In this document: in pieces, positions 28,360 through 35,761 of the stretch
Layout: each line of letters opens with the position of its first letter
Numbering within the stretch: the first letter of the stretch is position 1
Source of the DNA: a virus
Strand: one strand, 5' to 3'
UHGV virus genome: UHGV-0177491
Length of the DNA: 40,781 nucleotides
The notes under the pieces: generated by a model
What the model was told of the DNA's origin: nothing
Database searches by the model: none
The model's input: the letters and a program-made list of their open reading frames with translations, nothing else
Program-made: the position numbers and the translations under genes

Positions 28360-28559
28360 AGCGTCTTTACCTTTTAGAAAGTGAGCCTGTCTCACAGAAA
28401 AGCCGCCCGAGAGAGGTCGCCACCTATAACGGCATTTCTCAGGCTCGCTTACTGAAAGGCTCTCGTTAATATGCGCGTGAGATGCGCTGTGAAATTCAGA
28501 TGTAAAAAAAGCCCCGCATCGCGAGGCTCATTAAATGGACTTTGTGATTTGCAAAAAAA

Positions 28560-29009
28560 TTATTTCAGGCATTGCGTCCTGATGTATTCCTGCAGGTAGT
28601 TAACCTGCGCGGTTATCCTGTCGATTCCACTTCGGAGACGGTAATAATTGAGTTCAGCATCTGCTGTAAGTCTTGGGCTTTCTCCATCGCCCATGCCGCT
28701 GGCTCCGGTCGTTGACTTTGCACAGGTGGCGGCGACTTGCAGGCGCTTACGACCAGCAGAAACATCAGCACGGAGACTTTCGATAGTCGCATTAGCATCA
28801 GCAAGCTCCTTTGTGTATCTGGCGTCAAGTTCTGCTACATCACGTTGACGCTTCTGCATGTCAGCGATTGTGGATGCGGCCTTATCGCGCTGCTCTTTGT
28901 AGGCGATGGCGTTATCACGGTAATGATTGACCGCCCACGACAGGCAGACGATGATGCAGATAACCAGAGCTGAGATAATCGCGGTTAACCTGCTCATTGC
29001 TGCCCCCAC
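28560..29009 (-). CDS. rz: Rz-like i-spanin
   Basis: 149 aa with N-terminal transmembrane segment and coiled coil; follows the endolysin; contains an embedded lipoprotein ORF. Confidence 0.8.
   Translation of the reverse strand: MGAAMSRLTAIISALVICIIVCLSWAVNHYRDNAIAYKEQRDKAASTIADMQKRQRDVAELDARYTKELADANATIESLRADVSAGRKRLQVAATCAKSTTGASGMGDGESPRLTADAELNYYRLRSGIDRITAQVNYLQEYIRTQCLK
28613..28798 (-). CDS. rz1: Rz1-like o-spanin lipoprotein embedded in Rz
   Basis: Signal peptide with lipobox VVSAC followed by the Pro-rich segment [16 protein letters not shown], as in lambda Rz1. Confidence 0.7.
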   Translation of the reverse strand: MLMRLSKVSVLMFLLVVSACKSPPPVQSQRPEPAAWAMEKAQDLQQMLNSIITVSEVESTG

Positions 29010-29497
29010 AAACAGACTTCACGCTCAATCTCACGACGAGTCATCAGCCCTTTCCATTGCTTACCGCCAGCGTATGTCCAGCGCCGTAGCTGATCACATG
29101 CGCCTTTGATATCGCCCTGGTTTATTTTGCGAAGAAGAGTCGATGTTCTGAAATTACCTGCACCCACGTTGTAGACGAACGAGTAAAGAGCGCCGCGCGT
29201 TGTTTCCGGTATATCGACTTTGATGTACGGGTTAATTTGTCTGGCGACCGTGGCGAGGTCTTTATTCAGGAGGGCTTTGCATTCTGCTTCGGTATACGTT
29301 TTACCGAGCATGATGTCTTTTCCGGTGTGTCCGTGACATACGGTCCATACACCAACAATATCTTTGTATGGTATGTAGCTGACACCTTCCAGACCATCGT
29401 TACCACTCGGTCCAGTGATTAACACAGATGCTATAGCAATAGCCCCGCCACTTATCGCCGCTATTACGCTATTTCGTAGTGTCGGTGACATTGCCAT
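28994..29497 (-). CDS. SAR endolysin (T4-lysozyme-like muramidase with signal-arrest-release N-terminus)
   Basis: Weakly hydrophobic Gly/Ala-rich N-terminus [21 protein letters not shown] followed by a lysozyme-like domain with catalytic E/D/T spacing. Confidence 0.8.
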   Translation of the reverse strand: MAMSPTLRNSVIAAISGGAIAIASVLITGPSGNDGLEGVSYIPYKDIVGVWTVCHGHTGKDIMLGKTYTEAECKALLNKDLATVARQINPYIKVDIPETTRGALYSFVYNVGAGNFRTSTLLRKINQGDIKGACDQLRRWTYAGGKQWKGLMTRREIEREVCLWGQQ

Positions 29498-29672
29498 TCA
29501 ATCTATCCTCGCGCTCTTTGCGCTTGTAGTACCAGTTGATGCCAAATGTGCCAACAGTGCAAAGAATACCAATGATGACAGCCCAGTCATTCAGGGAGAA
29601 AACGCCACCCATCGCAGTCAGCCCTCCGAAGCTGTAACTGAACCACTCTCTGATTTTGTTAATACGGTACAT
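29469..29672 (-). CDS. Holin, probably pinholin type
   Basis: 67 aa, two transmembrane segments, charged C-terminus; immediately upstream of a SAR endolysin. Confidence 0.6.
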   Translation of the reverse strand: MYRINKIREWFSYSFGGLTAMGGVFSLNDWAVIIGILCTVGTFGINWYYKRKEREDRLNGNVTDTTK

Positions 29673-29974
29673 ACCCCCCCCCTCATTGAGAGGATTTGCT
29701 CTATTTAATTAGGAATAAGGTCGATTGCTGATAGAACAAATCCAGGCTACTGTGTTTAGTAATCAGATTTGTTCGTGACCGATATGCACGGGCAAAACGG
29801 CAGGAGGTTGTTAGTGCAACCTCATGCCCCCCGCGTTCACGAAGGTCATGTGTAGAAGGCCGCAGCGTAACTATCACTGATGAATTCAGGATAGCCAGTG
29901 GCTACGGCTCAGTTATGGTGCTGGTTTAAGAAGGTTAACAGCCTTCCGTAATGACCTTTATACGACTGACCCAA

Positions 29975-30057
29975 ATAAAAAAAGCCACCGTTGCAACTTA
30001 AGAGTCACTAACGGCAGCTTATGCGAATAGTGTTGCTCATTTGCTCAATGATGTCAA
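29975..30057 (-). promoter_or_regulatory. Putative late promoter with downstream intrinsic terminator (PR-prime/tR-prime analog)
   Basis: Minus-strand TTGACA at 30052-30057 just after the Q-like stop; about 50 nt downstream a hairpin followed by TTTTTTT (plus-strand A-run 29977-29983). Confidence 0.4.
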
Positions 30058-30063
30058 CACGTT

Positions 30064-30570
30064 TTATGCTACATGTTTAATTTTCTCTACACGTTTCCGG
30101 TTTTTAAACGCACTATCCAGAACCGGGTAAATCATAAACAACGAGGCATTAAGGATTTCGTCAACTTCCCGTCGACAGGTTGCGAGCGATGGTTTTTGAA
30201 TGCGCCCGCCGCCCCGGCATAACATCTTGCGAGGTCTTGCGACGCGATGATAGTAAGATGCAATGGCGTGTTTGGAAGATCCATGAGCGTAGTAGCTGAG
30301 GAGGATGCCAAAGGCTTTCTTGTCAATGTACATGACGGAATCGACGACCTGAGAAATCAACATTCCATCATCATCATTACACATTGGCCTTGTCATAACC
30401 CTTCCCGGCTCTACGCTCTCCATGAGCTTCGCTATTACGCTGCTCATGCGCTTTTCCAGACGACCTGAATAAACCCATGCGCCCCACAGTTCAAGCCATC
30501 CATTCAGCCACTCATGCTGATCTTTTGTGAGGTTTAGTTCTCTTATGCTCATTCCATATGCCTCCATCAT
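30064..30570 (-). CDS. Q-like late-gene antiterminator
   Basis: Assigned by position (last early gene, immediately upstream of the promoter/terminator pair and lysis cassette) and size. Alternative start at 30552 with a GGAGG SD. Confidence 0.5.
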   Translation of the reverse strand: MMEAYGMSIRELNLTKDQHEWLNGWLELWGAWVYSGRLEKRMSSVIAKLMESVEPGRVMTRPMCNDDDGMLISQVVDSVMYIDKKAFGILLSYYAHGSSKHAIASYYHRVARPRKMLCRGGGRIQKPSLATCRREVDEILNASLFMIYPVLDSAFKNRKRVEKIKHVA

Positions 30571-30579
30571 TTTTGAATC

Positions 30580-30741
30580 TTAAGCGATTCTTCTCAAGCG
30601 AATTACGATTCTTGCGACACCCCACCATTCAGCATCAGACAACATCTCTGATGGTTTAAATGCGTCTGGGAATTGCTGTGGAATGTATCTGGTGAATTTA
30701 GTCTCTGTCCTCACAGGTGCTTTCTTCTTTCGCTTGCTCAT
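30580..30741 (-). CDS. Hypothetical small basic protein (53 aa)
   Basis: ATG at 30741 forms an ATGA overlap with the stop of the upstream antirepressor-like gene. Not in the ORF track. Confidence 0.35.
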   Translation of the reverse strand: MSKRKKKAPVRTETKFTRYIPQQFPDAFKPSEMLSDAEWWGVARIVIRLRRIA

Positions 30742-31427
30742 ATCAACCCCTCATCAGTCAGTTTGCCGACAATCCACATCTCCCCTTCGGCGTAGAACAT
30801 CGCCTGAGAGTGTCCATTATTAGTCTCGCGCATGATGCCGTAGCCTTTGTCGATAAACCATTGCTGGAAGACGCGCCCACGCTTAACTGAACGATTGTAT
30901 ACCCCTAATTGCTCAAGCTGTTTATTCAGCCACACGGCGGATTGCCCGAACTTCTGCGCCACCTGCGACGCGTTATAAAGATTGTTGCGCTCAACGATGC
31001 GGTCGTAAACCTCGGCTTTAGGACTCATTTCCTTGTTCTCCAGTGCAAGGCGCTCTTTCTCTTCCTCTGCTACCACCAGCGCCTTGAGCGCCTCAAGATA
31101 AGTTTGGGGGACAGGAAATGCCGGTTTACTTTCTTGTTCTTCCAGCTCTTGCCAGCGATTAATTATTTTCATACGCAGAGCAGCGCTGTACCCAGCTACA
31201 AGGCAGAGAGATTCTTCCTTGTTCAACAAGTAGACTTTATCTTTGACGGCATGCCCTAAGTTATTAATTCTCTCGACAAATCCAATTTTGGATTGCTCAG
31301 AGATTCCTAACTCTGACAACATAACTCTTATATCTCTGCACACATGCCCATGCTGTTTACCTGTCAGTTCCGCAATCTCACGGCTGGACATGGTTTGCAC
31401 TTCTGCAGCGTTAATTAAACTGCTCAT
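30738..31427 (-). CDS. Antirepressor-like protein, paralog of 2541..3212
   Basis: N-terminal MSSREIAELTGKQHGHVCRDI motif; C-terminal about 95 aa nearly identical to the plus-strand paralog. ATG at 31427 with a purine-rich SD (track ORF extends to 31472). Confidence 0.7.
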   Translation of the reverse strand: MSSLINAAEVQTMSSREIAELTGKQHGHVCRDIRVMLSELGISEQSKIGFVERINNLGHAVKDKVYLLNKEESLCLVAGYSAALRMKIINRWQELEEQESKPAFPVPQTYLEALKALVVAEEEKERLALENKEMSPKAEVYDRIVERNNLYNASQVAQKFGQSAVWLNKQLEQLGVYNRSVKRGRVFQQWFIDKGYGIMRETNNGHSQAMFYAEGEMWIVGKLTDEGLI

Positions 31428-31505
31428 ACATTCCTCTCTCTTGTTGGTGTAACTGTATTTAACTTCCAACATTCATATCGTTCAAATCAGGTTCTTTATC
31501 GTCAC

Positions 31506-31534
31506 GATAAAAAGCCCCTTTCGGGGCCTTTTCT
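31506..31534. terminator. Bidirectional intrinsic terminator within the nin/Q region
   Basis: GCCCC-tttc-GGGGC flanked by an A-run and a T-run. Confidence 0.55.
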
Positions 31535-31587
31535 TACTCATCGATTTACTCATGTTGGCGAATGAAATTTAGCTATGCTTTCGAGTC

Positions 31588-31776
31588 TCATCGTCTTCCT
31601 CTCTTGCCCTGTTTGACCATCAGGACGCCGTTAACTATTACGTGACGCTCACCTTTGCTGTCTCGGTTGTACTTGAGCACTGTTCCTCTTGCACAGGAAA
31701 GCATCCTTGCCACTTCGGTCTGATTGCCTCGTGTCTGGATAAGAAGCTCTGGTATCGTTTGAATTGTGGCGTTCAT
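31588..31776 (-). CDS. ninH: NinH-like protein
   Basis: TIPELLIQTRGNQTEVARMLSCARGTVLKYNRD...VIVNGVLMV matches lambda NinH as recalled. Confidence 0.8.
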   Translation of the reverse strand: MNATIQTIPELLIQTRGNQTEVARMLSCARGTVLKYNRDSKGERHVIVNGVLMVKQGKRGRR

Positions 31777-32135
31777 ACGTTCTCCAGTTCGGTGATTTTT
31801 ATTCCAAGCCTTCCGCCTGGCACTTTCACACCACGAATTACGCGAATGTCATCGAATTGCTCGTCGTCTTCCGCAAATCCGGCGTGGACAAGGGAGTCGA
31901 GCAAACATTTCAGGATATTGTCGAGATCGCGGCGACGTGAGTCCGGAGTGTCTGCGATTATTTTGATGCGGAGTCGTGATTTGGTGAAAATATCTAACTT
32001 GAGTTGGCGGATTATTTGCTGTACATCTTTTCGGTATTTCTGGCCTTTATCGCTGATGTAGTATTGGCTTCCCCGTCTTCGCCAGTAGGTGTTCAGCGAC
32101 GGCGGATATGGAAGCACAAACTGATATTCGTTCAT
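31773..32135 (-). CDS. rusA: RusA-type Holliday junction resolvase
   Basis: 120 aa; motifs PPSLNTYWR and DTPDSRRRDLDNILKCLLDSL match RusA as recalled. Confidence 0.9.
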   Translation of the reverse strand: MNEYQFVLPYPPSLNTYWRRRGSQYYISDKGQKYRKDVQQIIRQLKLDIFTKSRLRIKIIADTPDSRRRDLDNILKCLLDSLVHAGFAEDDEQFDDIRVIRGVKVPGGRLGIKITELENV

Positions 32136-32422
32136 GACTTAATCTTCCCCTCCCTCAGCAGTATCGCCTGCGTCCTGATCACGCCTTCGAGGTGGTAAAG
32201 TCTGGCGTCTTTGTTGTCGAGATTATGGGTGCGTCGGTCGATCTCCGCGTGGCAGTCACTACAAGCCCATGCACCGATCAGGTCGTCAGGCTTCATTCCC
32301 GTTCCGCAAATTCCAGCCATCCGGTAATGTGCCAGAACTGTAGTTTCAGGATTACCATTGCATACGCCGTAAATACGTACCTGGCATTCTCTGCCGCGTG
32401 CTTCTTTGCGTAGGTTAGCCAT
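32132..32422 (-). CDS. DUF1364-family (YbcO-like) protein
   Basis: Cys/His-rich 96-aa protein immediately upstream of rusA, as in the DLP12 ybcO-rusA arrangement. Confidence 0.6.
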   Translation of the reverse strand: MANLRKEARGRECQVRIYGVCNGNPETTVLAHYRMAGICGTGMKPDDLIGAWACSDCHAEIDRRTHNLDNKDARLYHLEGVIRTQAILLREGKIKS

Positions 32423-33192
32423 TAAGCAGCCTCCCCTGTTACTTTCAGCATTCCGTTATCGAGCAGCTTTCTGGTCAGCCACTGTTGACCACGCCCGGTG
32501 ATTTTTGTGGTGAACGATATCTGTATTCCGTGATTTGTGTTGACCGCTGTTTCTTTCACTGTGAAATAGCCGCGCTCCATATATTCCTGCATTGGCACAT
32601 TGCGCCGGGAACCTGAAGCAATAAGGATTTTGTGATCACGCATCCACGCAAACAGTTTGTTTGGACCAGTACCGACAACCTTTGCAAAGTTTCCAATCAA
32701 AATTCCGCTGGCCTCGCCAACGCGATCGGCAAACTCAACTTTAGGTGCTGCGAGAGCAAGCTGCTGTTCCAACTTCACCTTCTGCTCATACTCATTAGCC
32801 CATGCTCTGGCAGCCTCTGCCGGGTTGGAGAAGTCAGGCAGTTGTAATTGCTGGCTCACTTTGTTGCGGAAATAGTTCCTCACCAACTCTCGCTGTACGC
32901 GCCACGCTGTCTCATCACGTAGTGTCTTTACCAGCATCAGATAGCCGGATTCTGTGAAAACCCTTAAGCCATTTGGTGAAATTTTCATCGACGGGTAGGC
33001 CGTCTGTTGCGTAAAATCAATAAGATACGTATCTTCTCCGTCTATAAAATATTTCGCGTTTCTCGCATAACCATCTTTGATAGTGGTTACTGGAACCCCG
33101 TGAATATCAGCAATCATTTGATACGTAACAACACGCTCACCATTAAACTCAATCGGCACGATTTCTGCGTTGGCAATAATTACGGCATTCAT
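32422..33192 (-). CDS. Antirepressor-like protein (ORF6N N-terminal domain plus Ant-like C-terminal region)
   Basis: N-terminal EFNGERVVTYQMIADIHGV...GLRVFTESGYLMLVK (ORF6N-like); central PDFSNPAEAARAWANEYEQK shared with the 2541..3212 protein. Confidence 0.65.
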   Translation of the reverse strand: MNAVIIANAEIVPIEFNGERVVTYQMIADIHGVPVTTIKDGYARNAKYFIDGEDTYLIDFTQQTAYPSMKISPNGLRVFTESGYLMLVKTLRDETAWRVQRELVRNYFRNKVSQQLQLPDFSNPAEAARAWANEYEQKVKLEQQLALAAPKVEFADRVGEASGILIGNFAKVVGTGPNKLFAWMRDHKILIASGSRRNVPMQEYMERGYFTVKETAVNTNHGIQISFTTKITGRGQQWLTRKLLDNGMLKVTGEAA

Positions 33193-33443
33193 GCAACACC
33201 TCCTTCAACGACAATACTGTCTCGCTTACCTTGTTCGCCTTCGAAGACGTAGAAATCACGCTTCCCGGTAATAACACCTAAATCATTGATTATGTTAGTG
33301 TGCTGCAATGCAGGAGGCTTGATAACGCCACGTTTCACCAATCTATCTATGGATACTTTTACATTGCTATGGCGGCTTTCTACCAGTTCGGCAATTTCGA
33401 TACTGGTCATCTTAACGGAAGAGAAACAAATTAAATTACTCAT
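33189..33443 (-). CDS. Small Rha-type N-terminal-domain protein
   Basis: MTSIEIAELVESRHSNVKVSI motif; ATGA-coupled to its neighbours. Confidence 0.45.
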   Translation of the reverse strand: MSNLICFSSVKMTSIEIAELVESRHSNVKVSIDRLVKRGVIKPPALQHTNIINDLGVITGKRDFYVFEGEQGKRDSIVVEGGVA

Positions 33444-33474
33444 TGCTATTCTCCGGTTTGCAAATTGTATTCAC

Positions 33475-33942
33475 TTAAACGCGAATGCGCACAAACTTAC
33501 AACCTAACGCCGATTTTATCTCTTCCTCGCGAATGCGATCCGCGTCCATATGCTGAGGCGCAAAATGTTGTTCCTCGTCTATTTCATAGGCGATATTGTT
33601 TACAGGATCATAGCCATCTATGCGGTATTTATCTAAAACCGGATATTGCCTTATTAATTTAACTCCTTGTAATTGTTCGATGGTGGTTAATGCTATTGTC
33701 TCAGCACATCTATTTAATGCTATTCTCTGATGCTTAAACACGTTAGCAACATCAGCATCAACAACAAAAACCTCTCGCTTAACTTTGAATCCTAGATTAT
33801 TTTCATAATATTCATATTTAATATCGTGCTTTATCCCGTTTTTTATTATGGTACGTTTCACATTGTCATGACGCTTACCCACCAACTCAGCGATTTCAAT
33901 GCTTGTCATTTTGATGGCATTGCCATTTATTAACTCATTCAT
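33475..33942 (-). CDS. Rha-type DNA-binding domain fused to a putative Vsr/DUF559-like endonuclease domain
   Basis: N-terminal MTSIEIAELVGKRHDNVKR; C-terminal AYEIDEEQHF...DADRIREEEIKSALGCKFVRIRV resembles a PD-(D/E)xK Vsr-like nuclease signature. Confidence 0.45.
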   Translation of the reverse strand: MNELINGNAIKMTSIEIAELVGKRHDNVKRTIIKNGIKHDIKYEYYENNLGFKVKREVFVVDADVANVFKHQRIALNRCAETIALTTIEQLQGVKLIRQYPVLDKYRIDGYDPVNNIAYEIDEEQHFAPQHMDADRIREEEIKSALGCKFVRIRV

Positions 33943-34105
33943 CGTCTTCTTCCTCGTACATTGAGCTATTCGGATCGCTCATCAGTTCTGCGCAGCAATC
34001 GGAGCACACGTGAACTTCCAGCACATGCAGTTTCTGACCGCAGTTAGCGCACGTTAAAGCCCGCTCGACGCTTTCTTGTTCGTAACTTCGATTTGGGTCA
34101 ATCAC
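33939..34105 (-). CDS. Small zinc-ribbon protein (NinD/NinF-like)
   Basis: About 55 aa with CANCGQK...CSDCC; GTG start overlapping the NinE stop; its stop overlaps the next ATG. Confidence 0.35.
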
Positions 34106-34284
34106 CTTGTTTTCCTCGCACGTTCTCTAAGCCACCGGATATCCCACAGGTGAGCCGTGTAGTTGAAGGTTTTTACGTCAGATTCTTTTGGGATTGGCTT
34201 GGGTTTATTTCTGGAGCGTTTCGTTGGAAGGTATTTGCAGTTTTCGCAGATTATGTCGGTGATACTTCGTCGCTGTCGTCTCAT
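34102..34284 (-). CDS. ninE: NinE-like protein
   Basis: 60 aa, [20 protein letters not shown]..., recalled as NinE-like; ATGA overlap with the NinC stop. Confidence 0.55.
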   Translation of the reverse strand: MRRQRRSITDIICENCKYLPTKRSRNKPKPIPKESDVKTFNYTAHLWDIRWLRERARKTR

Positions 34285-35126
34285 GCCGCATCCTCAAAAT
34301 TAAATCCAAGCTGACATGAAAATGCTTCACATGATTCAGAACACGAACCTGAATCATACTGTCGCATTGATGTCATTCTTGAGGCTAACTCATCTCTTGA
34401 TATATCACTAAACAAGGCAATCAGTGATTTAAGTGTATTATTCCCTCGATACATAACCGGTTCCTTTCCTGTTTTTATTTCTGTATCAAGGATGTTGATA
34501 AATGCATCTGCAAGTTCTGGCTCATCCATGGCTGCCAGCGCAACCTTTTGCATACTTTTTTTTATACAGAAAACACAATTACCAAGATGCTCCTGTATGC
34601 CAAGATCAAACTTCTGCCCACTCCACCAATCAAGCACATCCTGTTTTTCAAAATCGCTTATATCAGCCAGGTACCGAAAACCATTAGCCCTTTTAAGTCT
34701 GTTTGGTTCATCTGTGCGAATGCCAAGCCATGTGATGTAATTTCCTTTCCCAAACTTTTCCTGACAATATTTGGTGAATGGAACAGACTTCATTCTGTCG
34801 GTACAGAACGCACCGCCGATATATGGATGTCCGTATTTATTCAACATCCTTTTCCACGGTATAAGATCTGGACCAATATCATTGACACCTATCTCTTCAT
34901 AACTACTGGCCTTCCCCATTTCTGGATTAGGTATTACACGAAGGCAATGTAAGTCTATTTTCCAGTTACTGACGATATTTCGGATGAACTCATATGTTTT
35001 AGGGTGCTCTGCCCCTGTATCCATGAAAACGTAATGCACGTCTTCACCTGCCTGTCGCTTTTGCTCCATTAGCCAGAGCAAATATGCTGACGTCCTGCCA
35101 CCTGAGAAACTAACGACATTTATCAT
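34281..35126 (-). CDS. ninC: NinC-like protein (PAPS reductase / PP-loop family)
   Basis: [12 protein letters not shown]-loop motif near the N-terminus; position after ninB as in lambda. ATG at 35126 overlaps the NinB stop. Confidence 0.75.
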   Translation of the reverse strand: MINVVSFSGGRTSAYLLWLMEQKRQAGEDVHYVFMDTGAEHPKTYEFIRNIVSNWKIDLHCLRVIPNPEMGKASSYEEIGVNDIGPDLIPWKRMLNKYGHPYIGGAFCTDRMKSVPFTKYCQEKFGKGNYITWLGIRTDEPNRLKRANGFRYLADISDFEKQDVLDWWSGQKFDLGIQEHLGNCVFCIKKSMQKVALAAMDEPELADAFINILDTEIKTGKEPVMYRGNNTLKSLIALFSDISRDELASRMTSMRQYDSGSCSESCEAFSCQLGFNFEDAA

Positions 35127-35569
35127 GCAGCCCTCCCTTTTCGTTGTGACCATTCATACTCTCGCCTGGAGTCATCACTCCACCGCACGTTGCGCTCTGA
35201 GCCGAACCAGAACATGATTTCGATAAGCTCAGTCATGCTGACCTTTCGCATTTTGCTGGTACGCACGCCAAGCATGACAACGCCACCGTCGATACCAGGA
35301 ACGCTTCGTTGCTCCAGTTTTTTGGTCTTAAGCCACAGGGCAGTGAACAGATCTTTCCAGTCCTCCGGCGCAAGTCTCTTTCCATGCCAAAGCACCTGAC
35401 GTGATACGTCCTGCAATAACGCCCACATAAGTCGGTTTTGAGGATTGCTCCGCTTTGGTTCTTTAACGTGGACTTCGTGAGGTGACTTGTCGTCGATGGG
35501 AAGTGAGAGTATTGCGTCTATGGCGTTATTTCTGATTGCTTCGTTGCGAAGCATGTATATTTGCCTCAC
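35123..35569 (-). CDS. ninB: NinB-like recombination protein
   Basis: NPQNRLMWALLQDVSRQVLWHG...WSDDSRREYEW matches lambda NinB as recalled; AAGGAGG SD 7 nt before GTG at 35569. Confidence 0.9.
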   Translation of the reverse strand: MRQIYMLRNEAIRNNAIDAILSLPIDDKSPHEVHVKEPKRSNPQNRLMWALLQDVSRQVLWHGKRLAPEDWKDLFTALWLKTKKLEQRSVPGIDGGVVMLGVRTSKMRKVSMTELIEIMFWFGSERNVRWSDDSRREYEWSQRKGRAA

Positions 35570-35700
35570 CCTTAAACCTCCTTAATCGCATTCTGACGAG
35601 ATTTTGCATCTAGACACCCGATTACATACCTGCTGTGTGTTTATCTCGCTACAGGCTCATCTAGGCGCCTTAAAATCGATTTTTGTTGTTTTGGTTGTGT

Positions 35701-35731
35701 GCAAACAAAAGGCCTGCGATTACCAGCAGGC
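35701..35731 (-). terminator. Intrinsic terminator after the primase-helicase gene
   Basis: Minus-strand hairpin GCCTGC-tggtaatc-GCAGGC followed by TTTTGTTTG. Confidence 0.5.
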
Positions 35732-35761
35732 TGTTATTAGCTCAGTGATATAGATGGTCAT

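Noticed and set aside
29700-30060. Possible tRNA gene downstream of the Q-like gene, as in some lambdoid phages
   Set aside because: No T-loop (GTTCGAATC-like) sequence or cloverleaf could be built by eye. The region is better explained as a late promoter, short terminated leader and holin upstream sequence.
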